DNA from: Lachnospiraceae bacterium UBA3632
Lineage (GTDB): Bacteria; Bacillota; Clostridia; Lachnospirales; Lachnospiraceae
DNA: 64,000 nt
Direction: 5' to 3'
Assembly: GCA_002373975.1 (NCBI GenBank)
Contig: DFKZ01000123.1
Coordinates: 25,967 to 89,966, forward strand
Part shown: piece by piece, positions 1 to 8,370 of the stretch
Numbering within the stretch: position 1 is the stretch's first letter
Layout: every line of letters begins with the position of its first letter
The notes under the pieces: model-generated
Seen by the model: only the letters and a program-made list of their open reading frames with translations
Told to the model about the DNA's origin: nothing
Databases searched by the model: none
Position numbers and translations under genes: made by a program

Positions 1-896
1 TGCCTCATATAAACATCAAGCTTCGGATAAGTGATTTCAATACCTGCTTCGTCAAAAGCACATTTCAGTTCCTTATTGAGTACTCTGCGACCGGAGAAAA
101 TATTCTCCTCCTCGACATCGGCAACAAACTTGAGAACCACAGCCGAATCGGAAAGATTCTCAACTCCGAGATATCTGATCTGGTTGATAAACATATCCGG
201 ATTGTCTGCTTTTATCTTATCGAGAATACCGGGCATGAGTTTGTCGACTTTTTTCAGGTCGGTCCTGTATGAGATTCCTATCTCGGTAACGGTGACTGAA
301 CCTCTCTCGGAACGGTTCAAAACGTTCTTTATATCCGAATTGTTGATTATCTTCAGATTTCCGCCTATGTCCCTGACGCCGGTTGTGCGGATTCCTATAA
401 ACTCAACCTTTCCCCTGTACCCGTCGAGTTCTATGATGTCACCGACATTAAACTGGTTCTCAAAGAGCATGAACATACCGGTTACAAGGTCCGCAACCAG
501 ACTCTCTGCTCCGAAACCTATGATCAATGCTATGATTCCGACACCGGCAAATACGGTATTGAGATCAAGCCCGATGGCTGAGAGGATCCAGCAGAATCCC
601 ACCAGAACAACTACATATTTCACAAGACTGGATACTATAGTTGTAAAAGTACTGACTCTCCCACCTTTCTGGGGAATGAAACCGATGATGATCTGCATAA
701 GAACATTCACTCCGACAAGAAAAGCCACGACTACGACTATCTTGAGAATAACTTTTGAGTCGATCTTTATCATTCCGGCAATATCTTTAAACTGGTCGAT
801 GACTCCGGTTTTGCTTCCGATTATTCCCGCCGCAAACATGACAATAATCGCGATTACCAATCCGATTATTCTTCCGACAATTTTGTTTTTCTTCAT
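1..896 (-). CDS. Small-conductance mechanosensitive channel (MscS family), 3' end runs off the window
   Basis: Manual minus-strand translation: MKKNKIVGRIIGLVIAII...ALIIGFGAESLVADLVTGMFMLFENQFNVGDIIELDGYRGKVEFIGIRTT...EITYPKLDVY, which carries the MscS signatures. AAGGAG RBS upstream. Not in the ORF track because it has no stop in the window. Confidence 0.9.
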   Translation of the reverse strand, partial: MKKNKIVGRIIGLVIAIIVMFAAGIIGSKTGVIDQFKDIAGMIKIDSKVILKIVVVVAFLVGVNVLMQIIIGFIPQKGGRVSTFTTIVSSLVKYVVVLVGFCWILSAIGLDLNTVFAGVGIIALIIGFGAESLVADLVTGMFMLFENQFNVGDIIELDGYRGKVEFIGIRTTGVRDIGGNLKIINNSDIKNVLNRSERGSVTVTEIGISYRTDLKKVDKLMPGILDKIKADNPDMFINQIRYLGVENLSDSAVVLKFVADVEEENIFSGRRVLNKELKCAFDEAGIEITYPKLDVYMR

Positions 897-1073
897 TTCA
901 TACTCCTTTGCAGCGCGGGTTTGCGCCCGGTCATTTTTATCCGCCGAAGCGGATTAATTATCAGAATTATTATGGCCCTTCCGATAATAGATACTACATT
1001 TTGATTATACCACTTTATCCGTACAGGCGGGATAAAAACCATGAATTTCTTAAGGCTTTTTCTTCTCAAAATA

Positions 1074-1102
1074 TTGACTATACATCTAAATGATTGTAAA
1101 CT
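1074..1102 (+). promoter_or_regulatory. Sigma-A-type promoter for tRNA-Gly copy 1
   Basis: TTGACT-17 bp-TAAACT, 15 bp upstream of the tRNA. Confidence 0.65.
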
Positions 1103-1117
1103 GATTAAGTCATCCGT

Positions 1118-1188
1118 GCAGGATTAGTACATCGGTAGTATGTCAGCTTCCCAAGCTGAAGAGGCGGGTCCGACTCCCGTATCCTGCT
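1118..1188 (+). tRNA. tRNA-Gly(CCC), copy 1, with variant T-loop (TCCGA)
   Basis: Acceptor stem GCAGGAT/ATCCTGC; anticodon arm TCAGC-TTCCCAA-GCTGA; T arm GCGGG-TCCGACT-CCCGT; no encoded CCA. Confidence 0.85.
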
Positions 1189-1216
1189 CTTATTTTTTGA
1201 TCAATAGGAATTCTCC

Positions 1217-2155
1217 ATGAGTTTACCGGTTATATTACAACAGATGGGAGTAATCTTTATACTCGTAGCGATAGGAATCCTCCTTCAGAAAAGGGGGATT
1301 GTTGATAATATTACCTCAAAAAAACTCTCCGCAATAGTTGTCGATGTCTGTAATCCCGCTCTTATCCTGGCTTCAATCCTTTCCGGAAACATCACGGCCA
1401 CGCATAAGGATCTGATAACAGCAGCCGGTCTCGGCGCCGCATTCTATGCCTTTCTTGTAGCGCTCGGATTTGGTATTCCACTGCTCCTCAAAGCTAAGCC
1501 CGATAATAGAAAATTCTATAATCTCATGACTGTATATACCAACACGGGATTCCTCGGGATTCCCGTTGCCAAAGCTGTTCTGCCGCCGAATGCGCTTATC
1601 TATATCATCGTTATAAACATCTTCTACAGCCTGCTTTTCTACACTCACGGGCTGATGATACTCGGAAAGGGCAAAGATCAGGATTCTTCCGGAAGGCACC
1701 CTGTCCTTAAAGTATTTAATATCGGAACTGTAATGGCCGTCTTAAGTCTCGTGGTATTCTGGTTTAATCTACGGCTTCCTCCTATCCTTGCAAACACTGT
1801 GGAATACGTGGGAAATGCGACAATATTCCTCTCCATGGCGCTTCTCGGAACGTTTATCGCAAGATCCAGATTCATAGACTCTGTTAAGGATTTTCGTATC
1901 TGGATATATATAGCCATAAGGCTTATCTTTATACCTGTGGCTATAGTGTATATTATGAAAGCCATGGGCTTTGACAAAACGGCGATCCTGGCCATGTGCC
2001 TGATGGGTGCGGTTCCCGTTGGCAATCTTCCCATGATCCAGGCCGAAAAGATAGGTGAGGATACCACTACTCTATCAGCCGGAATAGCTGTCACGACGGT
2101 TATATCCGGGGTGACCATAACGTTGCTGATATCACTGTTTTCGGCAGTACTGTAA
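1217..2155 (+). CDS. AEC (auxin efflux carrier / malate permease-like) family transporter
   Basis: 312 aa, about 10 TM segments, motifs NPALIL, NTGFLGIPV and MGAVPVG. Confidence 0.85.
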   Translation: MSLPVILQQMGVIFILVAIGILLQKRGIVDNITSKKLSAIVVDVCNPALILASILSGNITATHKDLITAAGLGAAFYAFLVALGFGIPLLLKAKPDNRKFYNLMTVYTNTGFLGIPVAKAVLPPNALIYIIVINIFYSLLFYTHGLMILGKGKDQDSSGRHPVLKVFNIGTVMAVLSLVVFWFNLRLPPILANTVEYVGNATIFLSMALLGTFIARSRFIDSVKDFRIWIYIAIRLIFIPVAIVYIMKAMGFDKTAILAMCLMGAVPVGNLPMIQAEKIGEDTTTLSAGIAVTTVISGVTITLLISLFSAVL

Positions 2156-2188
2156 CAGGATAAATACCTTCACATCAGGATCTGTTGT

Positions 2189-2250
2189 AAAAAAATACCC
2201 TTGAATCACCGCTGCTTTCTATTCCAAAAAGCGATGTTTCAAGGGTTTTC
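2189..2250. terminator. Bidirectional long-stem hairpin between the convergent AEC gene and tRNA-Gly copy 2
   Basis: ACCCTTGAA (2197-2205) pairs with TTCAAGGGT (2238-2246), with an inner CGCT/AGCG stem, an A-run on the left and a T-run on the right. Confidence 0.6.
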
Positions 2251-2258
2251 TACAGCCG

Positions 2259-2329
2259 AGCAGGATACGGGAGTCGAACCCGCCTCTTCAGCTTGGGAAG
2301 CTAACATACTACCGATGTACTAATCCTGC
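2259..2329 (-). tRNA. tRNA-Gly(CCC), copy 2, canonical T-loop
   Basis: Reverse complement GCAGGATTAGTACATCGGTAGTATGTTAGCTTCCCAAGCTGAAGAGGCGGGTTCGACTCCCGTATCCTGCT forms a full cloverleaf with a GGTTCGA T-loop. Confidence 0.93.
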
Positions 2330-2343
2330 TAAACGACTATATT

Positions 2344-2371
2344 AGTTTACAAAAAAGTATCTGCTCGTCAA
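2344..2371 (-). promoter_or_regulatory. Sigma-A-type promoter for tRNA-Gly copy 2
   Basis: TTGACG-16 bp-TAAACT on the minus strand. Confidence 0.6.
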
Positions 2372-2406
2372 TATCAAAGATTTATTTTAATTCACATCAA
2401 AATACT

Positions 2407-2619
2407 TCATTCATCTTTGCTGTATTCCAGTATATCCCCAGGCTGACAGTCAAGCGCTTCACAGATCGCCTCGAGCGTTGAAAACCTTATAGCGCTTATC
2501 TTTCCTGTCTTCATCTTTGACAGATTGACATTGCTGATCCCTATCTTTTCGGAGAGTTCCTTTAAGGATGATTTCCTGTCCGCCATCACGCGGTCAAGCC
2601 TTAATATTATCTTTCCCAT
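2407..2619 (-). CDS. XRE/Cro-C1 HTH regulator (YozG-like)
   Basis: 70 aa with the IRFSTLEAICEALDCQPGDILEY signature; follows a DUF2975 gene, as is typical. Confidence 0.9.
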   Translation of the reverse strand: MGKIILRLDRVMADRKSSLKELSEKIGISNVNLSKMKTGKISAIRFSTLEAICEALDCQPGDILEYSKDE

Positions 2620-2631
2620 ACAGCCACCTCC

Positions 2632-3246
2632 TTATAATGTCTCATCCGACTGGATCTGAAGCACTCTTCCGTAATCCATGATCGAGTAAACAGCCCATGT
2701 GATAAGTCCGCCGATAGCTGCCTGTCCCAAGCCTGAGGTCATGGCTATAATAACGTCTATGATGATGAGTGCTATTAGAAGCTTTTTTAACACCTTTTCG
2801 CTGAAAGGTGTGTCTTCTTTTTTGATGATGTCAAACACCGAATATATCTGGAAAAGGGCAAATGCAAGGATCGCTATTCCGAAGCTCATTCCTATCAGCG
2901 TCAGACCGAGTGAAAAAGCATATGGTGTTTCATCCATGATCTTCTGCCATGCAGGGATAGATGATTCAAACTTCAGGTTTTTGAACCATTTCATCACAGC
3001 AGGATCCACTTTGGCAAGATACACATTTACATCTCCTATCTTCTGCCCTACAGCCACCTCGTCATGTTCCTCCAAAGCCTTTGTTATGCTCTGCTCCATA
3101 TTCTTCCTGTTTGACACTGTTACAATGCCGCTGATGAGTGAGATCACGCATCCTACTACGCACACCATAAAAGCGATACGTGTAACAATACCTGCAACCT
3201 TGCAGCTTTTCTTGATTCTCTCTAATTTAACGTTTTCCTGATTCAT
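2632..3246 (-). CDS. DUF2975-family membrane protein
   Basis: About 4 TM segments, TPFS motif, C-terminal YGRVLQIQSDETL, coupled to the YozG-like HTH gene. Confidence 0.75.
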   Translation of the reverse strand: MNQENVKLERIKKSCKVAGIVTRIAFMVCVVGCVISLISGIVTVSNRKNMEQSITKALEEHDEVAVGQKIGDVNVYLAKVDPAVMKWFKNLKFESSIPAWQKIMDETPYAFSLGLTLIGMSFGIAILAFALFQIYSVFDIIKKEDTPFSEKVLKKLLIALIIIDVIIAMTSGLGQAAIGGLITWAVYSIMDYGRVLQIQSDETL

Positions 3247-3263
3247 GATAATTCTCCTCTCTA

Positions 3264-3926
3264 TTAAAGCAAAAGTGAAGCCATAAGTGTGATAAGTGCA
3301 TCATATACTCCGTGAGCGATAATGACTGAAAGGGTGGTACAGTTCTTGATTTTCAGCCTGAAGAAGCAAAACAGTGCGCCGATAAACCCGGTAATGACCA
3401 TCTGGATAATGTTTCCACTCAGAATGTGGAAAAAACCGAAAAGAACCGAGCTGATGATCACTGCAAGGAAATCTTTTCCGAAAAGGCTTTTAACCCTTTG
3501 ATAAATGAAGCCCCGGAATGCGAATTCCTCCGCAAGCCCCACGCCTGCTATGCAGTAAAGGAATTCCCAGCAAAACTGCCATGCATATTTATACCTGGTT
3601 CCGTTATCAACATAATTGCCAAATCCGAGAAGATGGGGAACCAACGTAAGTATGGCCGACATTCCGATCCCGAGCCCTATCCCGATCAGGATCTGCAGGC
3701 CGATCTTTTCCCTGCTGAAGCCAAATCCGGAAAGCTTCTCCTTACCTGCGATAACTATTATCACCGGTACGATCGCCGTAAGCCAGTATGCTACGATGAG
3801 AAGGATCATTCTTACTCCGATGGGAAGAAACATGATCCCCTGATTGGCAAAGCTTGCAGCGATCAGACCTGCCATGATTCCGGCAAAACCGATGATCAAT
3901 GTGATGATGCTTTTCTTTCTGCTCAT
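3264..3926 (-). CDS. CPBP (CAAX/Abi) intramembrane metalloprotease
   Basis: Motifs EEFAFRG, FGFFH and HGVYD. Confidence 0.9.
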   Translation of the reverse strand: MSRKKSIITLIIGFAGIMAGLIAASFANQGIMFLPIGVRMILLIVAYWLTAIVPVIIVIAGKEKLSGFGFSREKIGLQILIGIGLGIGMSAILTLVPHLLGFGNYVDNGTRYKYAWQFCWEFLYCIAGVGLAEEFAFRGFIYQRVKSLFGKDFLAVIISSVLFGFFHILSGNIIQMVITGFIGALFCFFRLKIKNCTTLSVIIAHGVYDALITLMASLLL

Positions 3927-3976
3927 AATCTTTATTCTAACGCGTATCTCCTTTTATTTTTCAGCTGATATTATGG

Positions 3977-4029
3977 AGTATAAACCATGAAATAACATTT
4001 GTCAATAATAATTTAACGTTTATCGTTAA
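3977..4029 (-). promoter_or_regulatory. Promoter with adjacent palindromic operator for the CPBP-DUF2975-HTH operon
   Basis: TTGACA (4000-4005)-17 bp-TATACT (3977-3982) on the minus strand; palindrome TTAACG-N5-CGTTAA at 4013-4029. Confidence 0.7.
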
Positions 4030-4118
4030 TTTTTATACGTGTTATTTTAATTTATTAATGATAAAGCGCTGCGCAACGTTCTATTTTCCGTACATTGCCC
4101 GTTTTTCATAAAGATGAC

Positions 4119-4148
4119 AAAAAAAGAGAGCTCTTGGCTCTCTTTTTT
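4119..4148 (-). terminator. Rho-independent terminator after rplT
   Basis: AAAAAAGAGAGC-tcttg-GCTCTCTTTTTT. Confidence 0.8.
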
Positions 4149-4195
4149 ATAATCTCATATAGAATCGTTACTGCAGATAACACTCTGCGCTTTTC

Positions 4196-4552
4196 TTAGC
4201 TTACTTTGCTCTTAGCGATCTCTGCAAGCTCTGCAAATCCCTCTGCATCATTTACAGCGAGGTCAGCGAGTACCTTGCGGTTAAGCTCGATATCAGCCTG
4301 CTTAAGGCCATACATAAACTTGCTGTATGAAAGGCCGTTGATCCTTGCAGCTGCGTTGATACGTGCGATCCAGAGTCTTCTGTACTCACGCTTCTTTTCC
4401 TTACGTCCTGCAAATGATGTAGCAAGTGCTCTCATAACGGACTGCTTAGCTACTCTGTACTGATTGCTTCTTGCGCCTCTGTAGCCCTTAGCGAGCTTAA
4501 GAACGCGATTATGCTTTCTTCTGGCATTCATGCCACCTTTTATTCTTGCCAT
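4196..4552 (-). CDS. rplT: 50S ribosomal protein L20
   Basis: MARIKGG...[13 protein letters not shown]. Confidence 0.99.
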   Translation of the reverse strand: MARIKGGMNARRKHNRVLKLAKGYRGARSNQYRVAKQSVMRALATSFAGRKEKKREYRRLWIARINAAARINGLSYSKFMYGLKQADIELNRKVLADLAVNDAEGFAELAEIAKSKVS

Positions 4553-4636
4553 TTTCTTAATCTCCTTTCAAGACGGAATGCGAAAAACGATGCATTCCCT
4601 GTCCGCTTAATATCGCGGGGTTAAACGACTGCCTGA

Positions 4637-4834
4637 TTATGCGTAAGGCAGGATCTTCTTCATGTTCTTAACATTTGTTGCGTCCGTGATAGCGGGCTTT
4701 CTGAGATTTCTCTTATTCTTAGTGGTCTTCTTAGTAAGAATATGACGCTTGTAAGCCTTATTTCTCTTAAGCTTTCCTGTTCCGGTTACTTTAAAACGCT
4801 TTGCAGCGGACCTGCTTGTCTTCATCTTGGGCAT
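4637..4834 (-). CDS. rpmI: 50S ribosomal protein L35
   Basis: [21 protein letters not shown]. Confidence 0.99.
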   Translation of the reverse strand: MPKMKTSRSAAKRFKVTGTGKLKRNKAYKRHILTKKTTKNKRNLRKPAITDATNVKNMKKILPYA

Positions 4835-4889
4835 AACTGTTTCCTCCTGAATAAAATATATATCTTAACTGTCAAAATTCATTAGTTGA

Positions 4890-5399
4890 TTAATTCTTTT
4901 TTGCAGTTAAAAACAAACTCATGCTTCTGCCTTCAACCTTGGCGGGCTTTTCGATAACCGCCACATCGTTAAGAGCTTCCGCAAAATCATCCAAGACATG
5001 CTTGGTGGTATTCATATGAGCCATCTCACGACCGCGGAAACGAAGTGTTACTTTAACCTTGTCTCCTTTGGTAAGGAATTTCCTCGCGGCATTGACCTTT
5101 GTGTTAAGATCGTTGGTGTCGATATTGGGTGAAAGACGTATCTCCTTTATCTCAACCTGATGCTGCTTCTTTTTGTTTTCCTTTTCCTTACGGAGCTGTT
5201 CGTACTTGAACTTTCCGTAATCGACGATCCTGCAGACCGGCGGCTGTGCTGTGGGCGCAACCTTTACAAGGTCAAGCTCTGCCTCATCCGCAAGCGCCTG
5301 TGCCTCTCTCGAAGACATAATTCCGAGCTGCTCACCGTTAACACCGATCACGCGGACTTCCTTGTCGCGTATCTGCTCATTGATCATTAAATCGCTAAT
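4890..5399 (-). CDS. infC: Translation initiation factor IF-3 (ATT start codon)
   Basis: INEQIRDKEVRVI...FRGREMAH. The AGGAGG RBS is followed by an in-frame ATT at 5399, the known autoregulatory start of infC. Confidence 0.97.
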   Translation of the reverse strand: MSDLMINEQIRDKEVRVIGVNGEQLGIMSSREAQALADEAELDLVKVAPTAQPPVCRIVDYGKFKYEQLRKEKENKKKQHQVEIKEIRLSPNIDTNDLNTKVNAARKFLTKGDKVKVTLRFRGREMAHMNTTKHVLDDFAEALNDVAVIEKPAKVEGRSMSLFLTAKKN

Positions 5400-5534
5400 G
5401 GCTGTTTACCTCCTAAAGCCGACTTCATTGTGTCCTTTACAATGAAGCATAAAGTGCGATGCCTCAACGCACTTTATGTGCGGAGCATCGGCGCAACACA
5501 TGGTGTCCTTTAGCATGTGTTGATTCATTTGCAG

Positions 5535-5672
5535 TAAAAAAAAGTGGATAGACACCAATCTATCCACTCGAAATCACATTAACAGACCACAGATCATGCG
5601 GTATAATAATGGACGGTTACTCTTACGAGCTCACTTAAGGCTGTAAGGTGAGAGCGGATACTCTTCTTGATG
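5535..5672 (-). ncRNA. L20 leader (ribosomal protein leader) with attenuator terminator
   Basis: Minus strand AAGAGTATCCGCTCTCACCTT...GAGTGGATAG-attggtgt-CTATCCACTTTTTTT upstream of infC; promoter TTGACA at 5718-5723. Confidence 0.75.
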
Positions 5673-5775
5673 TCCTTGTTTTAAGCACTCTGATAAAATA
5701 ACACATCTAAAGTAACGTGTCAACAGTTTTTTTCTATAATATAAACATATTTTTTAGCAGCCTGTTTTAGAAGAT

Positions 5776-7203
5776 CTATTTTCTTTCGGCTATCTCGCCG
5801 ACCATGCGTTTGTACTCTTTCTCATCGATCTTATATCCCGCTTTCATGATAAGCCGGGCAGCTATCATAACAATAAGTGGGATCGCAACCATACCAATTC
5901 GAAGTGTCAGTGTCTGTGAGGGTTCCACTGTAGCGATGATCCCGTCAGCTATCCCCAGCGCTTCCTCGCTTGCGATCTCGCCGCTTCCTATCCTAACTTC
6001 AAGATCGCTGATATTCTGGCTCACGGCGTAAATGCCGCTCACGATCAGTATCAGTGAGGCCGTACCCTGATTAAGAGCTCCGGAAAACTTGGATGCGAAG
6101 GATCTGATAGCTGAAATAATACTGTCGTGACGCTCCCCGAAGCGGTATTCGTCATATTCTATGGTATTGTTTATCATCACCACCATTGCAAGGTTTACAA
6201 GGCCCTGACAGAAGAAAATGATCAGTCCCGTGGCCATAAGAAGTATGATGTTTTTGGGTATTACATAACCGAATCCGAGCAGAACGAGGTATCCTACTAT
6301 CAACACTATCATACAGATCGTATATATTCTGCTCCTGCTTACCCTTGCCGACAGAACCGGATACACAAATTGGGCGGCAAGAGTGCCAAGCCCGTACATT
6401 ACTGTAAAGTATGTCACAAGATCCCCGCTCCCGGAATATCCGAATTCAAAATAGAAAAAGTTGACTGCCAGAAGGAGAAGCAGCTGCTGCCCCACGCAGA
6501 ATAAAACATAGGATATGCCGGATATGACAAGCTGATCGTTCCTTTTAAGGATCTTAAACATCGATCTTATATTTACCTGCTCGGCGTTATCCTTTCGTTC
6601 TTTTTCGGTGACGCCCAGAAATGTGAGTGTCTGGAACAAAAGGAATGCCAGCGCCACAATGAGTCCGACGGTCCGGAATGCGGATACTGCATTGCCTGCT
6701 ATGACCATAGGTACCACTCCTGCAACGGAGAACTGTCCGACGCAAACGAAGATGCCCATGAGAGTCACGAGCGAATCTCTCTCTTTTGGGTCGCTGGAAA
6801 GGCTGGGGAGCATTCCCCAGTATGCGATGTCATTAATTGTGTAAGTCATTCCCCAAAGCAGATACATTATACAGAAGAAAATAACAAATGCCCATCCTGT
6901 GGGGCGCACCGTAAACATGAGTGCGATCACTATCGCATTTAGCACGGCTCCAACAATGATAAACGGCCTGTATTTACCGGCCTTAAAGTGGCTGTTCTCG
7001 ATTATGGAACTCATAAGCAGATCGTTAACCGCGTCCCATATCATGCACACAACCATGGTTACGGATATCACGGTGAACTGTATCACCTCAAGCTTCATAG
7101 TGTACTGGATGTATGTAAGGAGGAACATGCTCACAAGAGTGTAAGCGGCATCTCGCCCCGTAGCTCCCACGCAATATGACCATTTTGTTTTCTTATCGAC
7201 CAT
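5776..7203 (-). CDS. GPH-family (MelB-like) MFS glycoside:cation symporter
   Basis: About 12 TM segments; motifs IWDAVND, GKYRPF, YWGMLPSLS..ERD and IEYDEYRFGER. Confidence 0.88.
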   Translation of the reverse strand: MVDKKTKWSYCVGATGRDAAYTLVSMFLLTYIQYTMKLEVIQFTVISVTMVVCMIWDAVNDLLMSSIIENSHFKAGKYRPFIIVGAVLNAIVIALMFTVRPTGWAFVIFFCIMYLLWGMTYTINDIAYWGMLPSLSSDPKERDSLVTLMGIFVCVGQFSVAGVVPMVIAGNAVSAFRTVGLIVALAFLLFQTLTFLGVTEKERKDNAEQVNIRSMFKILKRNDQLVISGISYVLFCVGQQLLLLLAVNFFYFEFGYSGSGDLVTYFTVMYGLGTLAAQFVYPVLSARVSRSRIYTICMIVLIVGYLVLLGFGYVIPKNIILLMATGLIIFFCQGLVNLAMVVMINNTIEYDEYRFGERHDSIISAIRSFASKFSGALNQGTASLILIVSGIYAVSQNISDLEVRIGSGEIASEEALGIADGIIATVEPSQTLTLRIGMVAIPLIVMIAARLIMKAGYKIDEKEYKRMVGEIAERK

Positions 7204-7271
7204 GACTTATACCTTTTCAATCTTATAAACTGAGCCCATCTGTTTCAATCTGTCGTTTTTGTTTTCTTTGG

Positions 7272-8189
7272 TTAAACTTCATCCACCCCGTCACATTTGG
7301 GGATTACATCTATGGACCCATCCTCGTTATAGGTAAACTCCGCAACGCAGACGCTTCTGTGGAAAAGGCTTCCCCCGGGAAGCTCTCCTGTGTGGTAAAA
7401 GAGATAGGAATGTCCCTTGAAATCCGCGATTCCGGGATGGTTTGTAAAGACACCTCCCTCGCTTGTCATGAGCACTCCTCCGTATTTCCATGGGCCGGTA
7501 GGGCCTTCGGATGTGGAATAAGCGAGATGCTCATCCTGCTCTCCTACGGCAAATGCGGCGTACACCATGTAATAAAGGCCGTTTTTCTTATAAAACCAGG
7601 GGCCCTCCCCGTAGGATGTTCCTGTATCGTGGCTGCCTTTGTTAAAGGCTTCCTCGCTCATAGGCACCTTCACAATGCCCACCTTCTCGTCATAGGAGAT
7701 CATATCCTCGTTCAAAAGAACATATCTGAGTTCGGGATTACCGAAATAGAGATAAGCCTGTCCGTCATCATCTATATAGACCGTCGGATCGATATCGTTC
7801 CAGTCACCCTCTGCGATGAGCGGGTGGCCAAGATCCTTGAACGGCCCTGTGGGGCTGTCGGAGATACCTACCGCGATTGCCATTCCGTCATCCTTTTTGT
7901 GTACGGGGCAATACAGATAATACTTTCCGTTCCTCTCGATGCACTGAGGAGCCCATGCCCTGTCGTCCGCCCACTCGATATCATCAAGTGAAAAAATCTT
8001 TCCATGATCGGTCCAGTTAACCATATCCTTTGTAGAAAAGCATCTCCAGTCGTACATCGTGTAGAAATCATTTACAAGCTCATCCTCGTCGTGAGTAGTG
8101 TAGAGATAGAGCGTGTCTCCCACCACCATGGGCGCAGGATCCGCTGTATAGATGTTTTTCATTATAGGGTTGGAGCTGCGTTTTTTCAT
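7272..8189 (-). CDS. GH43 beta-xylosidase/arabinofuranosidase, cytoplasmic
   Basis: Motifs TADPAP, WAPQ, IDPTV, EGPW and TNHPGI; no signal peptide. Confidence 0.92.
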   Translation of the reverse strand: MKKRSSNPIMKNIYTADPAPMVVGDTLYLYTTHDEDELVNDFYTMYDWRCFSTKDMVNWTDHGKIFSLDDIEWADDRAWAPQCIERNGKYYLYCPVHKKDDGMAIAVGISDSPTGPFKDLGHPLIAEGDWNDIDPTVYIDDDGQAYLYFGNPELRYVLLNEDMISYDEKVGIVKVPMSEEAFNKGSHDTGTSYGEGPWFYKKNGLYYMVYAAFAVGEQDEHLAYSTSEGPTGPWKYGGVLMTSEGGVFTNHPGIADFKGHSYLFYHTGELPGGSLFHRSVCVAEFTYNEDGSIDVIPKCDGVDEV

Positions 8190-8302
8190 AAGATGATGTT
8201 CCTTTCTTTCAACCGTTTATCCGCATTTATTATTCTTTGATGCTTTTGTTATACGATAAACATTTTATCACAATAGGGTCTGCTGTGCGAAAAGAATTAC
8301 AC

Positions 8303-8333
8303 AAAAAAAGGATGCTTCCTCTCGGAAGCATCC
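8303..8333 (-). terminator. Terminator after the ABC exporter operon
   Basis: AAAAAAAGGATGCTTCC-tctc-GGAAGCATCCT. Confidence 0.8.
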
Positions 8334-8370
8334 TATACAAACTGTATTAAACATCATGATTAATCTCCCA

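Noticed and set aside
31-957. 308-aa plus-strand ORF
   Set aside because: It is the antisense shadow of the MscS gene, which has an RBS and family motifs on the minus strand.
1118-2329. tRNA repeats as attL/attR of a prophage or ICE
   Set aside because: The copies are full-length and inverted, each has a promoter, and no integrase is present.
5397-5399. ATT start codon of infC as a novelty
   Set aside because: This is a well-established autoregulatory feature of infC.
8248-8263. Imperfect palindrome TGTTATACGATAAACA upstream of GH43
   Set aside because: It is too degenerate in an AT-rich context to call an operator, and no regulator is adjacent.
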